Shown in pieces: positions 35,245-44,133 of a DNA stretch of 64,000 nucleotides. The notes below the pieces were generated by a model that saw only the letters and a program-made list of their open reading frames with translations, was not told the origin of the DNA and searched no databases. The translations under genes and the position numbers were made by a program. Numbering within the stretch: the stretch's first letter is position 1; each line of letters begins with the position of its first letter. This DNA is from an uncultured Anaerolineales bacterium (GTDB lineage Bacteria; Planctomycetota; Phycisphaerae; FEN-1346): NCBI GenBank assembly GCA_964526295.1, contig CAZGKW010000011.1, positions 3,515 through 67,514 on the forward strand, given 5' to 3'.

Positions 35245-35433
35245 CTAGCCGCCGCAGCCCTTGCCGATGAAGCTGCCGATCACCAGCAGGAGCGGAATGG
35301 CGATCAGGTGGACGACCCACCACCCGGGCCGGAGAAAGTGAAACGCCTCCGGCAACTGGAACCCCTTCGGCGTGGGTCCCCGCGGCGGGGTGGATTGTCC
35401 TTCCGACGGTTCCGGCGCAGGTCCTTGACCCAT
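35245..35433 (-). CDS. Small single-TM membrane protein (62 aa)
   Basis: AAAGGGGG RBS before ATG 35433; hydrophobic helix GWWVVHLIAIPLLLVIGSFIG. Confidence 0.55.
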   Translation of the reverse strand: MGQGPAPEPSEGQSTPPRGPTPKGFQLPEAFHFLRPGWWVVHLIAIPLLLVIGSFIGKGCGG

Positions 35434-35625
35434 GGCGAGACCCCCTTTCGAGTGACGCATGTGCGGCAGGCCTCCCGGCCCGCCGGGGCAATGTGCCCGC
35501 TGATTGCCCCCATTGTCCTCCTTGCGGTCGTGGCACACCATGGGCGGCGCTCCGCTTTGTGTGTGGGGCCATCCCTGAATTTCGGGATGCCGGCGGCGAC
35601 GGCCACAGACCAGCGTCTCGGCCGA

Positions 35626-37860
35626 TCAGGACTCGTGCGTCATCTCGTACGCCGAGCCGGTGACCTTCAGGCGGTAGGCCCGGCCTCGGTGGAAGAACCG
35701 CGCCGTCACACCACGCCAGGCCTTCGGGAGGCGGGGCCGGACTTCGAGCCCCTCGGCGTCGGGGTCGCGTCCCAACCGCAGCCCCAGGAACCCCCGGAAG
35801 ACGGCCTGCCAGGCGCCGCCCAGGGCCGCCATGTGCAGGCCGGCGTCCGTGTTGGCCATCGTGTCGTCCAGGTCGATAAAGGCGGAGCGGCGAAAGTAGT
35901 CGTAGGCCTCTTCGGGCATGCCCAGGTCGGCGGCGGCGATGGCGTGGACGCTGGGGCTGAGGGACGAGTCGTGGGCCGTCCGCGGCTCGTAGTAGTCCCA
36001 GTTCCGCCGCCGGACCGCTTCATCGTACGCCTCCGGGAAGAGGACCATCAGCATGAGCACGTCGGCCTGCTTGAGGACCTGGGCCCGATGGATGCGGGCC
36101 ATGCGTTCCTTCTCCGGCTCGTCGGAGACCTGGGCCGACAGGGCCCGGATGCCCTCCGGCCCGGGGTCGGAGAGGTCGAAGAACCCCTCGTACTGCTCCA
36201 GGAGCCCGTCGTCGCCGGGCCGGGGGACGTAGAGCGCCTCGGCGACGGCCCGCCACCGCTCGATCTCGTCCTCGGAGACGTCGAGCCGCTTCAGGAGCCG
36301 GCCCCGAGGGTGGACCTCCCGCATCCGGGCCGCCTCCTGGGCCGCGAGCCGCAGGTTCCACGCGGCCACGAAGTTCGTGTAGACGTTGTTGTCGACCTCC
36401 TCGTGGTACTCGTCCGGCCCGATGACGCCGCGGACCTCGTACCGCCCGCGGTCGGCCTGCCACGTGACGCGGCCGGCCCAGAAGCGGGCCGTCTCGACCG
36501 CCAGGACCAGGAGCTGCCGCTCGCGGAACGTCGTGTCGCCGGTGGCCCGTACGAACTGCCACGCCGCGTACACCACGTCGGCCGAGATGTGGTGCTGGAG
36601 GTCGCCGGTCAGGACGCGGACGGGCTCGCCGGTCTTGGGGTCGGGCACGTAGGGGGGACAGGTCTCGTCGCCCGTGTCGGTGCTCTCCCAGGCGAACATG
36701 GCCCCCTCGTAGCCGGCATCGCGGGCCTTGCGGGCGGCCCCGTCGAGGGTGAGGACCCGGTAGTGGAGGAGCCGGCGGGCGTCGCGGGGGCTGACCGCGA
36801 CGAACATCGGCACGATGAAGATCTCGGTGTCCCAGAAGACGTGCCCCCTGTAGCCGGGGCCGCTCAGGCCCTTGGCGGCTATGCTGACGGAGGGGTCCCG
36901 CTGGGAGCAGCACTGGAAGAGGTGGAAGATAGCGAACCGGACGGCCCGCTGGTCGTCCTCGGGCCCGTCGATCTCCAGGTCGATGCGTCCCCATCGCCGC
37001 CGCCAGGCCCGGACGTGCCGCCGCCGATACACGCCGTAGGTCCCGCCCTCCAGGGTCCGGACCTCGCGGAGACAGCACCGCTCGACGGAGGTGGTCTCGG
37101 GGTCGCGGGAGGTGTAGGTGGAGACGATGCGGTCGAAGACGGCCCGCTGGTTGCACTCCAGGTGCGTCTCGTAGGCGAAACCGAGCCGCCCCGGGGCGAA
37201 CAGGTGGCCGGGCCTGGGGGGGGCGGCCTGCTGGACCCATGCGGAGGCCCGGCAGGCGTGGCCGATACGGACCCGCGTCTCCCGGGTGGTGGCGACGGCC
37301 AGGAGCCGGTCGCGGCCCATGTGGCGGACGTGGAGCAGCCGCAGATGGTGCCGCCGCCGCTCGTCGCCCGCCCAGTCGACCCACAGGCGGACGGTCACCT
37401 CGCCGCTCCAGTCGAGGGGCGTGACGTCGATGGACTGGCCCGCCAGATGGGGATTCGCGAGGCTGGCGAACCGCTCGAAGACCAGTCGCGTCGACCGACC
37501 TTCCTCGGTGTAGACCAGGGACCGGGTCACCAGGCCCCGCCGCATGTCGAGCCGGCGGAGGTACTCGCCGACTCGGCCGGGGGCGAGGCGGACGGGCCGG
37601 CCGTCCAACTCGATCTCGGCCGCCAGGAAGTCCATGACGGGGGCCAGCTCGGGGATGCCGTCCGAACCGGGATTGAACGCCCCGGCGACGTAGATCTCGC
37701 GGCAGGTAGGCCCGGCGTCGAACGGCTCTTCGGGGTAGCCGCGGAGGCCGAGGTAGCCGTTGGCGGCGGCCAGGAGCGACTCCCAGACGGCGTTGCGCTC
37801 GGGCCCCCAGGCGGCCTCGTCGACCGTCCACGTCGGGGGGGTGCCGGGCGGTGGAACCAT
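35626..37860 (-). CDS. Glycoside hydrolase family 65 (disaccharide phosphorylase, kojibiose/trehalose/maltose type)
   Basis: ANGYLGLRG, KGLSGPGYRGHVFWDTEIF, VIGPDEYHE (catalytic Glu), KQADV, HDSSLS. Confidence 0.95.
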   Translation of the reverse strand: MVPPPGTPPTWTVDEAAWGPERNAVWESLLAAANGYLGLRGYPEEPFDAGPTCREIYVAGAFNPGSDGIPELAPVMDFLAAEIELDGRPVRLAPGRVGEYLRRLDMRRGLVTRSLVYTEEGRSTRLVFERFASLANPHLAGQSIDVTPLDWSGEVTVRLWVDWAGDERRRHHLRLLHVRHMGRDRLLAVATTRETRVRIGHACRASAWVQQAAPPRPGHLFAPGRLGFAYETHLECNQRAVFDRIVSTYTSRDPETTSVERCCLREVRTLEGGTYGVYRRRHVRAWRRRWGRIDLEIDGPEDDQRAVRFAIFHLFQCCSQRDPSVSIAAKGLSGPGYRGHVFWDTEIFIVPMFVAVSPRDARRLLHYRVLTLDGAARKARDAGYEGAMFAWESTDTGDETCPPYVPDPKTGEPVRVLTGDLQHHISADVVYAAWQFVRATGDTTFRERQLLVLAVETARFWAGRVTWQADRGRYEVRGVIGPDEYHEEVDNNVYTNFVAAWNLRLAAQEAARMREVHPRGRLLKRLDVSEDEIERWRAVAEALYVPRPGDDGLLEQYEGFFDLSDPGPEGIRALSAQVSDEPEKERMARIHRAQVLKQADVLMLMVLFPEAYDEAVRRRNWDYYEPRTAHDSSLSPSVHAIAAADLGMPEEAYDYFRRSAFIDLDDTMANTDAGLHMAALGGAWQAVFRGFLGLRLGRDPDAEGLEVRPRLPKAWRGVTARFFHRGRAYRLKVTGSAYEMTHES

Positions 37861-37891
37861 GGGGCCGTTCCGGGGGTCGGTGCGCGGGGGT

Positions 37892-39169
37892 TCAGGCGCT
37901 GGGCTGGGCCTCCGGCGAAGCGCCTCGGGCGTGGACCTCGATCTCGTCGAGCTGCTCGTCGGGCAGCGACAGCAGGTAGTCCAGGAAGAACCAGTACCCC
38001 CGGACGTGGTGGGTCGACTGGTCAGCGCTCATGGTGTAGTCGTAGGGCGGGTCCCACGACCAGAACCCCCAGTGGGTGTTCGGATCGTCGATATAGGGGG
38101 CGTCCTCGCCGCCGGGCACCTGCTGCTGGTTCAGGGAGTATCGGAGGGCCCGGGCGGCGCCGTCGACGTACTCCGGCCGGCCGCTGGCCTTGTGGGCCAG
38201 GAGCAGGGCGATGGCGATGTTGGGCATGTCGCCGGGCCCGACGTACTCGGTGACCGGGACGCCCCATCGGTCCTCGCTGAGGTGCCAGGCCCCTCCGGGC
38301 CGCTGGGTCTCGAGGTGCCAGTCGGCGAACCGCAGGCCCGCTTCCAGGAACCGCTCGTCCTCGGTCCGCAGGTAGACGCGTACGAGGGCCCGGATCTCGT
38401 CGGCCGCCATGTCGCTGCTGTAATAGATATTGTTGATCAAGTAGAAGGAGCCGTTCTCGGCCTGGAGCGTGAGGGCATACTCGGCCCAGTCGTGGGCCCG
38501 TTCGAGCCACATCCGGTCGCCGGTGAACTCCTGGAGGGCGATCAGGGCCACGATGACCCGCCCGAACGACTGCCACCCCCGCGTCAGCCAGCTCTCGTGG
38601 AAGTGGTCGTACTTGGGGGCGAAGTGGTGGTTCTGCGACTGGAGGAGGAACCGGCTGCTGCCGGTCGCCCGAGACAGGTACACCTCGTCCTCCAGCCGCT
38701 CCCACAGCCCCAGGTTCAGCGTCACGTAATCGGCGGTGTACTTCGTCCAGAGCTGGGTGGGCTTGATGTTATCGCGAACACCGCCGGCGACGAGACTCAT
38801 CGGATGCGTCTCGACCATGAACTCGTCGAGCCAGTCGCCACAGCGGCGGGCCATCTCGAGGAACTGCTCGTCCTCGTACCGGTCGAACGCCGCCATGCAC
38901 TGGAACGGGGCGATCAGGTTGACGGTCTGCGGCTCGGTCAGCATCCGGGACCGGGCGTCGTAGTAGCCGTGGAACGCCCCGGCCTGGTCGTCGAACTGGC
39001 GGGGCAGCCAGTGGTAGGTATTCTCGCGGGCCCGGTGCTCCAGGTCCTCCTTCGAGAGGCCCAAGGCGTCCAGGACGGGGCTGTTGCGGTCCTCGGCTGG
39101 GCACAGACCCCAGCCCCGGGGGGAGATCGGCATGTGCACGGGTTCGCCGGATGGTGGGCACTTCGCCAT
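37892..39169 (-). CDS. Cytoplasmic (alpha/alpha)6-barrel protein of unknown function (425 aa)
   Basis: GGAGG RBS; no signal peptide; helical repeats FTGDRMWLERAHDWAEY..QAENGSF, RTEDERFLEAGLRFADW..QRPGGAW, ASGRPEYVDGAARALRY resemble the six-hairpin glycosidase superfamily. Confidence 0.7.
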   Translation of the reverse strand: MAKCPPSGEPVHMPISPRGWGLCPAEDRNSPVLDALGLSKEDLEHRARENTYHWLPRQFDDQAGAFHGYYDARSRMLTEPQTVNLIAPFQCMAAFDRYEDEQFLEMARRCGDWLDEFMVETHPMSLVAGGVRDNIKPTQLWTKYTADYVTLNLGLWERLEDEVYLSRATGSSRFLLQSQNHHFAPKYDHFHESWLTRGWQSFGRVIVALIALQEFTGDRMWLERAHDWAEYALTLQAENGSFYLINNIYYSSDMAADEIRALVRVYLRTEDERFLEAGLRFADWHLETQRPGGAWHLSEDRWGVPVTEYVGPGDMPNIAIALLLAHKASGRPEYVDGAARALRYSLNQQQVPGGEDAPYIDDPNTHWGFWSWDPPYDYTMSADQSTHHVRGYWFFLDYLLSLPDEQLDEIEVHARGASPEAQPSA

Positions 39170-39232
39170 GGTGTATCCTCCAGCGGTTCGACTCGTCGCT
39201 TGGCCCATCCTAGGCCCGCGGGCGCCGCCCGT

Positions 39233-40459
39233 CTAGGCATGAACGCGCGATTCCTTCCGCCGGTGCGACCCCTCGATGGCTCGCTCGTAGACGCTGACCG
39301 TGTCCTGGGTCATCCGCTCGCGGGAAAAGACCTCGACGGCCCGCTTGCGGCCGGCTTCGCCCAACCGGGCCGCCAGCTCCTTGTCCCTGAGCAAGAGGGC
39401 GATCTTCTCGGCCAGGGCGTCGGCGTCCCGCTTCGGCACGAAGAAGCCCGTCTCCTCGTCGAGGACCGACTCGACGATCCCGCCGCTCGGGGTCACGACG
39501 ACCGGCTTGGCGCAGGCCATCGCCTCGACCGGCACCAGGCCGAACGGCTCCTCCCCGATCGTCGGATACGTGACGACGTCGCAATAGTTGTAGACCCAGG
39601 GCAGCTCCATGTAGGGGAACGACTGGATGATGACGTTGTCCGAGAGGCCCAAGGCGTCGATGGCGTGCCGGACCTCTTCCTTGTACCCCTGGAGCTCGCG
39701 GATCCAGTCGACGATGTCGTCGGTGTCGGTGATGATGAGGGCCGCCTCGGGAAACTCCTCGCGGACCTTCCGCATGGCCCGGACGGTGTAGATGACGCCC
39801 TTCCAGGGGAGCATCCGGGCGGGGTGGATGACGACGGGGCGGTCCTTCAGGCCCAGCTTGTCGGCCCACTTCGGGTCGTCGTTCTCGGGCGAGAAGAGCC
39901 CCACGTCGATACCCGGATAGATGACCTCGATGTTGTCGAGATGGGGGGCCTGGTCCCGGATGCCCTTGGTCACGTGCTTGCAGAACGTGATGATGTAGTC
40001 CCACTTGGCCCGCTTGAGGAGGTCCTCGCAGATGAACTCGCTCCAGACCTCGTGGACCGTCAGGACGTTCGGCACGCCCTCCTCCCACAGGGCCGTCAGG
40101 GCCATGGCGTGCTCGGGCACGAAGTGGTGGAAGTTGTGCCCGTGGACCACCTCGATCTCGTGCTCTTTGATGAAGTCCGCGTACATCTGCCGGACGGCCT
40201 CGGTCAGCTCCTCGTCCTGCTCGTCCGCGGCGAGGTCCCTCTTCCCTTTCTCGTCGCGGATGTGCTCCGGATTCATCAGGTCGGTCCGGTAGACTTGGAC
40301 GCCCTCGACCTCCTCCTGGTCGGGCCGGCCTTCGAGCGACCCGACGAGGGCGTGGACCTCGTGGCCCTGTCGGACGAGTTCGCAGCACAGGTCCAGCAGG
40401 TGCGACTCGACGCCTCCCGTGGTCGGAAAGAACGCGAAATGGGTCATGCAGATTCGCAT
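39233..40459 (-). CDS. Glycosyltransferase family 4 (408 aa)
   Basis: MRICMTHFAFFPTTGGVESHL, HPARMLPWKG, EEPFGLVPVEAMACAKPVV. Confidence 0.92.
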   Translation of the reverse strand: MRICMTHFAFFPTTGGVESHLLDLCCELVRQGHEVHALVGSLEGRPDQEEVEGVQVYRTDLMNPEHIRDEKGKRDLAADEQDEELTEAVRQMYADFIKEHEIEVVHGHNFHHFVPEHAMALTALWEEGVPNVLTVHEVWSEFICEDLLKRAKWDYIITFCKHVTKGIRDQAPHLDNIEVIYPGIDVGLFSPENDDPKWADKLGLKDRPVVIHPARMLPWKGVIYTVRAMRKVREEFPEAALIITDTDDIVDWIRELQGYKEEVRHAIDALGLSDNVIIQSFPYMELPWVYNYCDVVTYPTIGEEPFGLVPVEAMACAKPVVVTPSGGIVESVLDEETGFFVPKRDADALAEKIALLLRDKELAARLGEAGRKRAVEVFSRERMTQDTVSVYERAIEGSHRRKESRVHA

Positions 40460-40672
40460 CGGCTCTCCTCCTGGTGATACAGCGTGCCGGGGACGCAACG
40501 TGCCCGCCTTCGCTGATTCCCCATGATGGCCCGTCGAGGCGCAGAAGACCATCCGAGAACCGCGGGTTGCCCCACGGGACGAGGCCCCAAAGCCCCCTGG
40601 GAGAATGTCCCACCCCCCGGGAAAGGCTGAATCGGGCGTGAAGAACTGCTGCGGGCCGGCAGCGCGCCGGCT

Positions 40673-40948
40673 TCACTGGCATCCCCGCGCGAGGGCCACG
40701 AGCCCAAGGATACGGCGGAACAGGGCCCCGTGCGACAGGAGGCCCACCGCGAAAACGATCAGGACGCCCGCCGCCACGCCCATCCCCGTGCGGTACTGCA
40801 GCGGCCCTTCCGTGCCGAGAAGCTCCTCCAGGGGCGGGCCGAGCAGGGCTTCGGTCCCCGCCCCCAGCCAGTGGACGATGTACAGGCTGAGGCCGATCGG
40901 CAGGACGACCGCCAGCCCTTTCAGGAAGGTCTTGACCAGCGTGTTCAC
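40673..40948 (-). pseudogene. 3'-truncated DUF502-family membrane protein (91 aa)
   Basis: AAGGAGG RBS; FLKGLAVVLPIGLSLYIVHWL...GMGVAAGVLIVFAVGLL matches the N-terminal half of DUF502. The frame stops where the conserved RIPxVxxIY segment should follow. Confidence 0.65.
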
Positions 40949-41031
40949 GTGTCGCCTCCTTCACGCCCCGCGGCCGATGGCCGCCACTTCGCCCGGCGTG
41001 GAAACACGCCGGGCTGCCGTGCGGCTGCGTC

Positions 41032-43710
41032 TCACTCCACAGCCGACCCCCTCGACCGGAGCCGCTGGACGGCCCGCAGCACTTGTCCCGCCGCGGCGGG
41101 GACGAGACTGAGGCCCAGCACGATGGCCCACCCCGCAGCGCCCGGGCCCTCGGTCTTCAGGACGAACGAGAGGCCCGGCACCTTGGCGGCGGCCACCAGC
41201 AGGGCCGCGCACCCCGCCAGGGCCGCCCAGATCCACGGGTTCCGCACTACGTCGTTGTCCCACAGCCGCGACCCCCGGTCCCGCAGGTTGAAGACGAACC
41301 ACAGCTTCGCAAACCCCAGCGTCAGGAACGAGACGGTCACCGCCCGCGGCGTCTCCATGCCGGCCCCCTTCACCGCCCACGCCAGCCCCCCCAGGACGCA
41401 CGCCGCCAGCACCACGCTCCACGCCCCGATAGCCAGCCAGTGCCGGCGCGTGAGCACCGACTCCTCCTTCGGCCGCGGGGGGCGGTCCATGACGGTCGGG
41501 CTGCCTTTGCCGACCCCGAGGGCCAGGGCCGGGAACACGTCGGTCAGGACGTTCAGATAGAGAATCTGGAGGGGCCTCAAAGGCAGCGGGGCCCCGGCCA
41601 GCGACGCGATCCCGACGGCCAGGATCTCCGCCAGGTTCGTGCACAGCATGAACATCAGGGCCTTGCGGATGTTGGCGAAGATGACGCGGCCCTCCCGGAC
41701 CGCCGTCACGATGGTGGCGAAGGCGTCGTCCTTGAGGATGATGTCGGCGGCCTCGCGGGCGGCGTCGGTGCCCCGGCGGCCCATGGCCACGCCGACGTCC
41801 GCCTTCCGGAGGGCCGGGGCGTCGTTGATGCCGTCGCCTGTCATGGCGGCCGTCTCGCCCTCCTCCTGGTACAGGCGGAGCAGGTGGTACTTCTGCTCGG
41901 GGCTCAGGCGGGCAAAGACCGAGGCCCCGAGGGCCCGTCGCCGGACGTCCTCGTCCAGGTCGTCGCCCCGGCCGATCTCGCGGCCGGTCATTACGCCGTC
42001 GTCGCCGCCGGTCTCCAGGCCGACCTCCTCGGCCACCGTGACGGCGGTCTCGGCCCGGTCGCCGGTGACCATGATGGGTCGGATGCCGGCCCCGCGGCAG
42101 GCGGCGATGGCCTCCCGGACCCCTTCGCGTGGGGGATCGGCCAGGCCCACCACGCCCAGGAACCGGAGCCCTTCGTAGGGCTCGGCGTCGGGGTCGTCCA
42201 CCCGCTTCTCGGCCATCGCCAGGAGCCTCAGGCCCTCCTCGGCCATGCCTCGGACCCGCTCGGCCCACTCCTTGCGCCGCTCGTCGCGGAGCGGCTCCTC
42301 CCCCTCGCCGTCCTCCGTGGCGATCGTGTCGCACGCCCCCAGGACCGCCTTGGGTGCCCCCTTGACGGCCACCCGGTACCCCCCTTCCTCCTCATGGACC
42401 GTGGCCATCATCATGACGTCCGGGTCGAAGGCCACCTCCCGGTCCTCGGGCCACCGGTCGAGCAGACCGTCGCGGTCGTGCCCGAATCGCCGGGCCGCCC
42501 GGAGCAGGGCCACCTCCATCGGGTCGCCGGACGGCTGGTCCTCCTCGTCCACGGTCGCGTTGTTGCACAGGGCGCCGATCTGGAGGATTCGCCGGACGAT
42601 GGGGCCCGGCTCGGGCGTCTCGCTCCCCTGCTCGTCCGCTTCGTCCAGATCGTGCGTGCCGGCGGGTGTCACGACCCGGCGGAGGGTCATTCGGTTTTCG
42701 GTCAGCGTGCCGGTCTTGTCGGCGAAGATGACGGTCGTGGCGCCGAGGGCCTCGACGGCGGTCAGCCGCCGGGCCAGGGCGTTTCGCCGGGCCAGCAGCC
42801 ACATGCCGCGCGCCAGCGCGATCGTCGTGGCCACGGGCACGCCTTCCGGCACGGCCGCCACCCCCAACGCGACGGCCGTCTCGACCATCAACAGGATCGG
42901 CCGGCCCGAGGCGTACCCCGCGGCGGCCACCAGGCCCGCCAGGGCCAACGCGAGCCACCCCATCCGGGCCCCGAACCGGTTCAGCCGCTCCTGGAGCGGC
43001 GACGGGCCCGACTCGACCTCCTCGGCCAGCTCCGTGACGCGGCCGATCTCGGTCCGGCTGCCCGTGGCGACGACGACCCCCTCGCCGGAGCCCTCCGTCA
43101 CGGTCGCCCCGCGGTAGACCATGCCGGACCGCTCGGCCAGGGGGGCCTCCGCGTCGACCGGCTCGGTGCTCTTGGAGGCGGGGGTCGATTCGCCCGTCAG
43201 CGACGACTCGTCGGCGTGGAAGTGGTTGGCCTCGATGAGCCGGAGGTCGGCCGGGACGGCGTCGCCGGCCTCCAGGACGACGACGTCGCCGGGCACCAGG
43301 TCGGTCGTGCGGACCTGGCCCTCGCGTCCGTCGCGGCGGACGCGGGCCCGCGGCTTGCCCTTCTCGCGGAGCGCCTGCATGGAGCGGACCGCCCGCCACT
43401 GGCCCACGAACCCGATGAGGCCGTTGACGACCAGGACCGCGACGATGGCGACGCCCTCAGCCGCCTGGCCGGCGACGAACGCCAGCACCGCCGCGACCCC
43501 CAGGATGGCCACGACGACGCTCTTGAACTGGTCGGCGGCCACCTGCCAGACACCGGGCCCCTCGGCCTGGGGCAGGCGGTTGGGGCCGTGCTCCTGGCGG
43601 CGGCGCCGGACCTCCTCGTCCGAGAGGCCCTGCCCGGCGTCGACGCCCTGGGCGTCGAGCACGTCCCGGACGCTTCGGGCGTGTGCGGGCGGCGCGTCGT
43701 CACCGGCCAT
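41032..43710 (-). CDS. Cation-transporting P-type ATPase, type IIA (Ca2+-like), 892 aa
   Basis: LTGES, VPEG, DKTGTLT, KGAP, MVTGD, TGDGINDAPAL, LNVLTDVFPALAL. Confidence 0.95.
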   Translation of the reverse strand: MAGDDAPPAHARSVRDVLDAQGVDAGQGLSDEEVRRRRQEHGPNRLPQAEGPGVWQVAADQFKSVVVAILGVAAVLAFVAGQAAEGVAIVAVLVVNGLIGFVGQWRAVRSMQALREKGKPRARVRRDGREGQVRTTDLVPGDVVVLEAGDAVPADLRLIEANHFHADESSLTGESTPASKSTEPVDAEAPLAERSGMVYRGATVTEGSGEGVVVATGSRTEIGRVTELAEEVESGPSPLQERLNRFGARMGWLALALAGLVAAAGYASGRPILLMVETAVALGVAAVPEGVPVATTIALARGMWLLARRNALARRLTAVEALGATTVIFADKTGTLTENRMTLRRVVTPAGTHDLDEADEQGSETPEPGPIVRRILQIGALCNNATVDEEDQPSGDPMEVALLRAARRFGHDRDGLLDRWPEDREVAFDPDVMMMATVHEEEGGYRVAVKGAPKAVLGACDTIATEDGEGEEPLRDERRKEWAERVRGMAEEGLRLLAMAEKRVDDPDAEPYEGLRFLGVVGLADPPREGVREAIAACRGAGIRPIMVTGDRAETAVTVAEEVGLETGGDDGVMTGREIGRGDDLDEDVRRRALGASVFARLSPEQKYHLLRLYQEEGETAAMTGDGINDAPALRKADVGVAMGRRGTDAAREAADIILKDDAFATIVTAVREGRVIFANIRKALMFMLCTNLAEILAVGIASLAGAPLPLRPLQILYLNVLTDVFPALALGVGKGSPTVMDRPPRPKEESVLTRRHWLAIGAWSVVLAACVLGGLAWAVKGAGMETPRAVTVSFLTLGFAKLWFVFNLRDRGSRLWDNDVVRNPWIWAALAGCAALLVAAAKVPGLSFVLKTEGPGAAGWAIVLGLSLVPAAAGQVLRAVQRLRSRGSAVE

Positions 43711-44131
43711 GCCGTGTTCCTCTCCCCGACCCGCCCCGGTCCGTCCCTGGTGGACCGGCCCCGAAGGTCCCCTCGGCCCCTGCCCTTTCTCCCGGCGAGA
43801 CGAGCCGCCAGGGGACAGGAAAGTCATGGCCCGCCCGCTGGAGCGTGCTCAGGGCGTGCCGGACCATCTGGCTGACGTAGCCCCACTCGTTGTCGTACCA
43901 GCTCATTACCTTCACGAGGTCCCCGTCGACCACCTGGGTCATCTCGAGGTCGACGATGGAGGCCCGGGAGTCGGCGATGATGTCGGAGGAGACGAGCGGT
44001 TCGTCGGTGGCGCCCATCACGCCGCGGTACCGGTCGGTGTCGGCCTCCTCCCGGAGCTCGCGGGCCCGCTTCCGGGCCTCCTTCTTCGTCATCTCCTCGA
44101 CCCGCTCCCGGATGTCCTTCTTGCCGGCCAT
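43700..44131 (-). pseudogene. Chimeric ORF: LigA-like N-terminal ~29 aa fused in frame to the C-terminal ~60 aa of a type I GAPDH
   Basis: DEPLVSSDII...KVMSWYDNEWGY is the GAPDH C-terminus. MAGKKDIRERVEEMTKKEARKRARELREE resembles the first helix of an NAD-dependent DNA ligase. ATG lies 2 nt after the polX stop with an AAGGA RBS. Confidence 0.7.
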
Positions 44132-44133
44132 GG

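Noticed and set aside
24914-35454. Shared 13-mer CCCCTTTCGAGTG at 24914-24926 and 35442-35454
   Set aside because: Only two copies, with no wider similarity. One is explained as the RBS region of the small protein, so chance is plausible.
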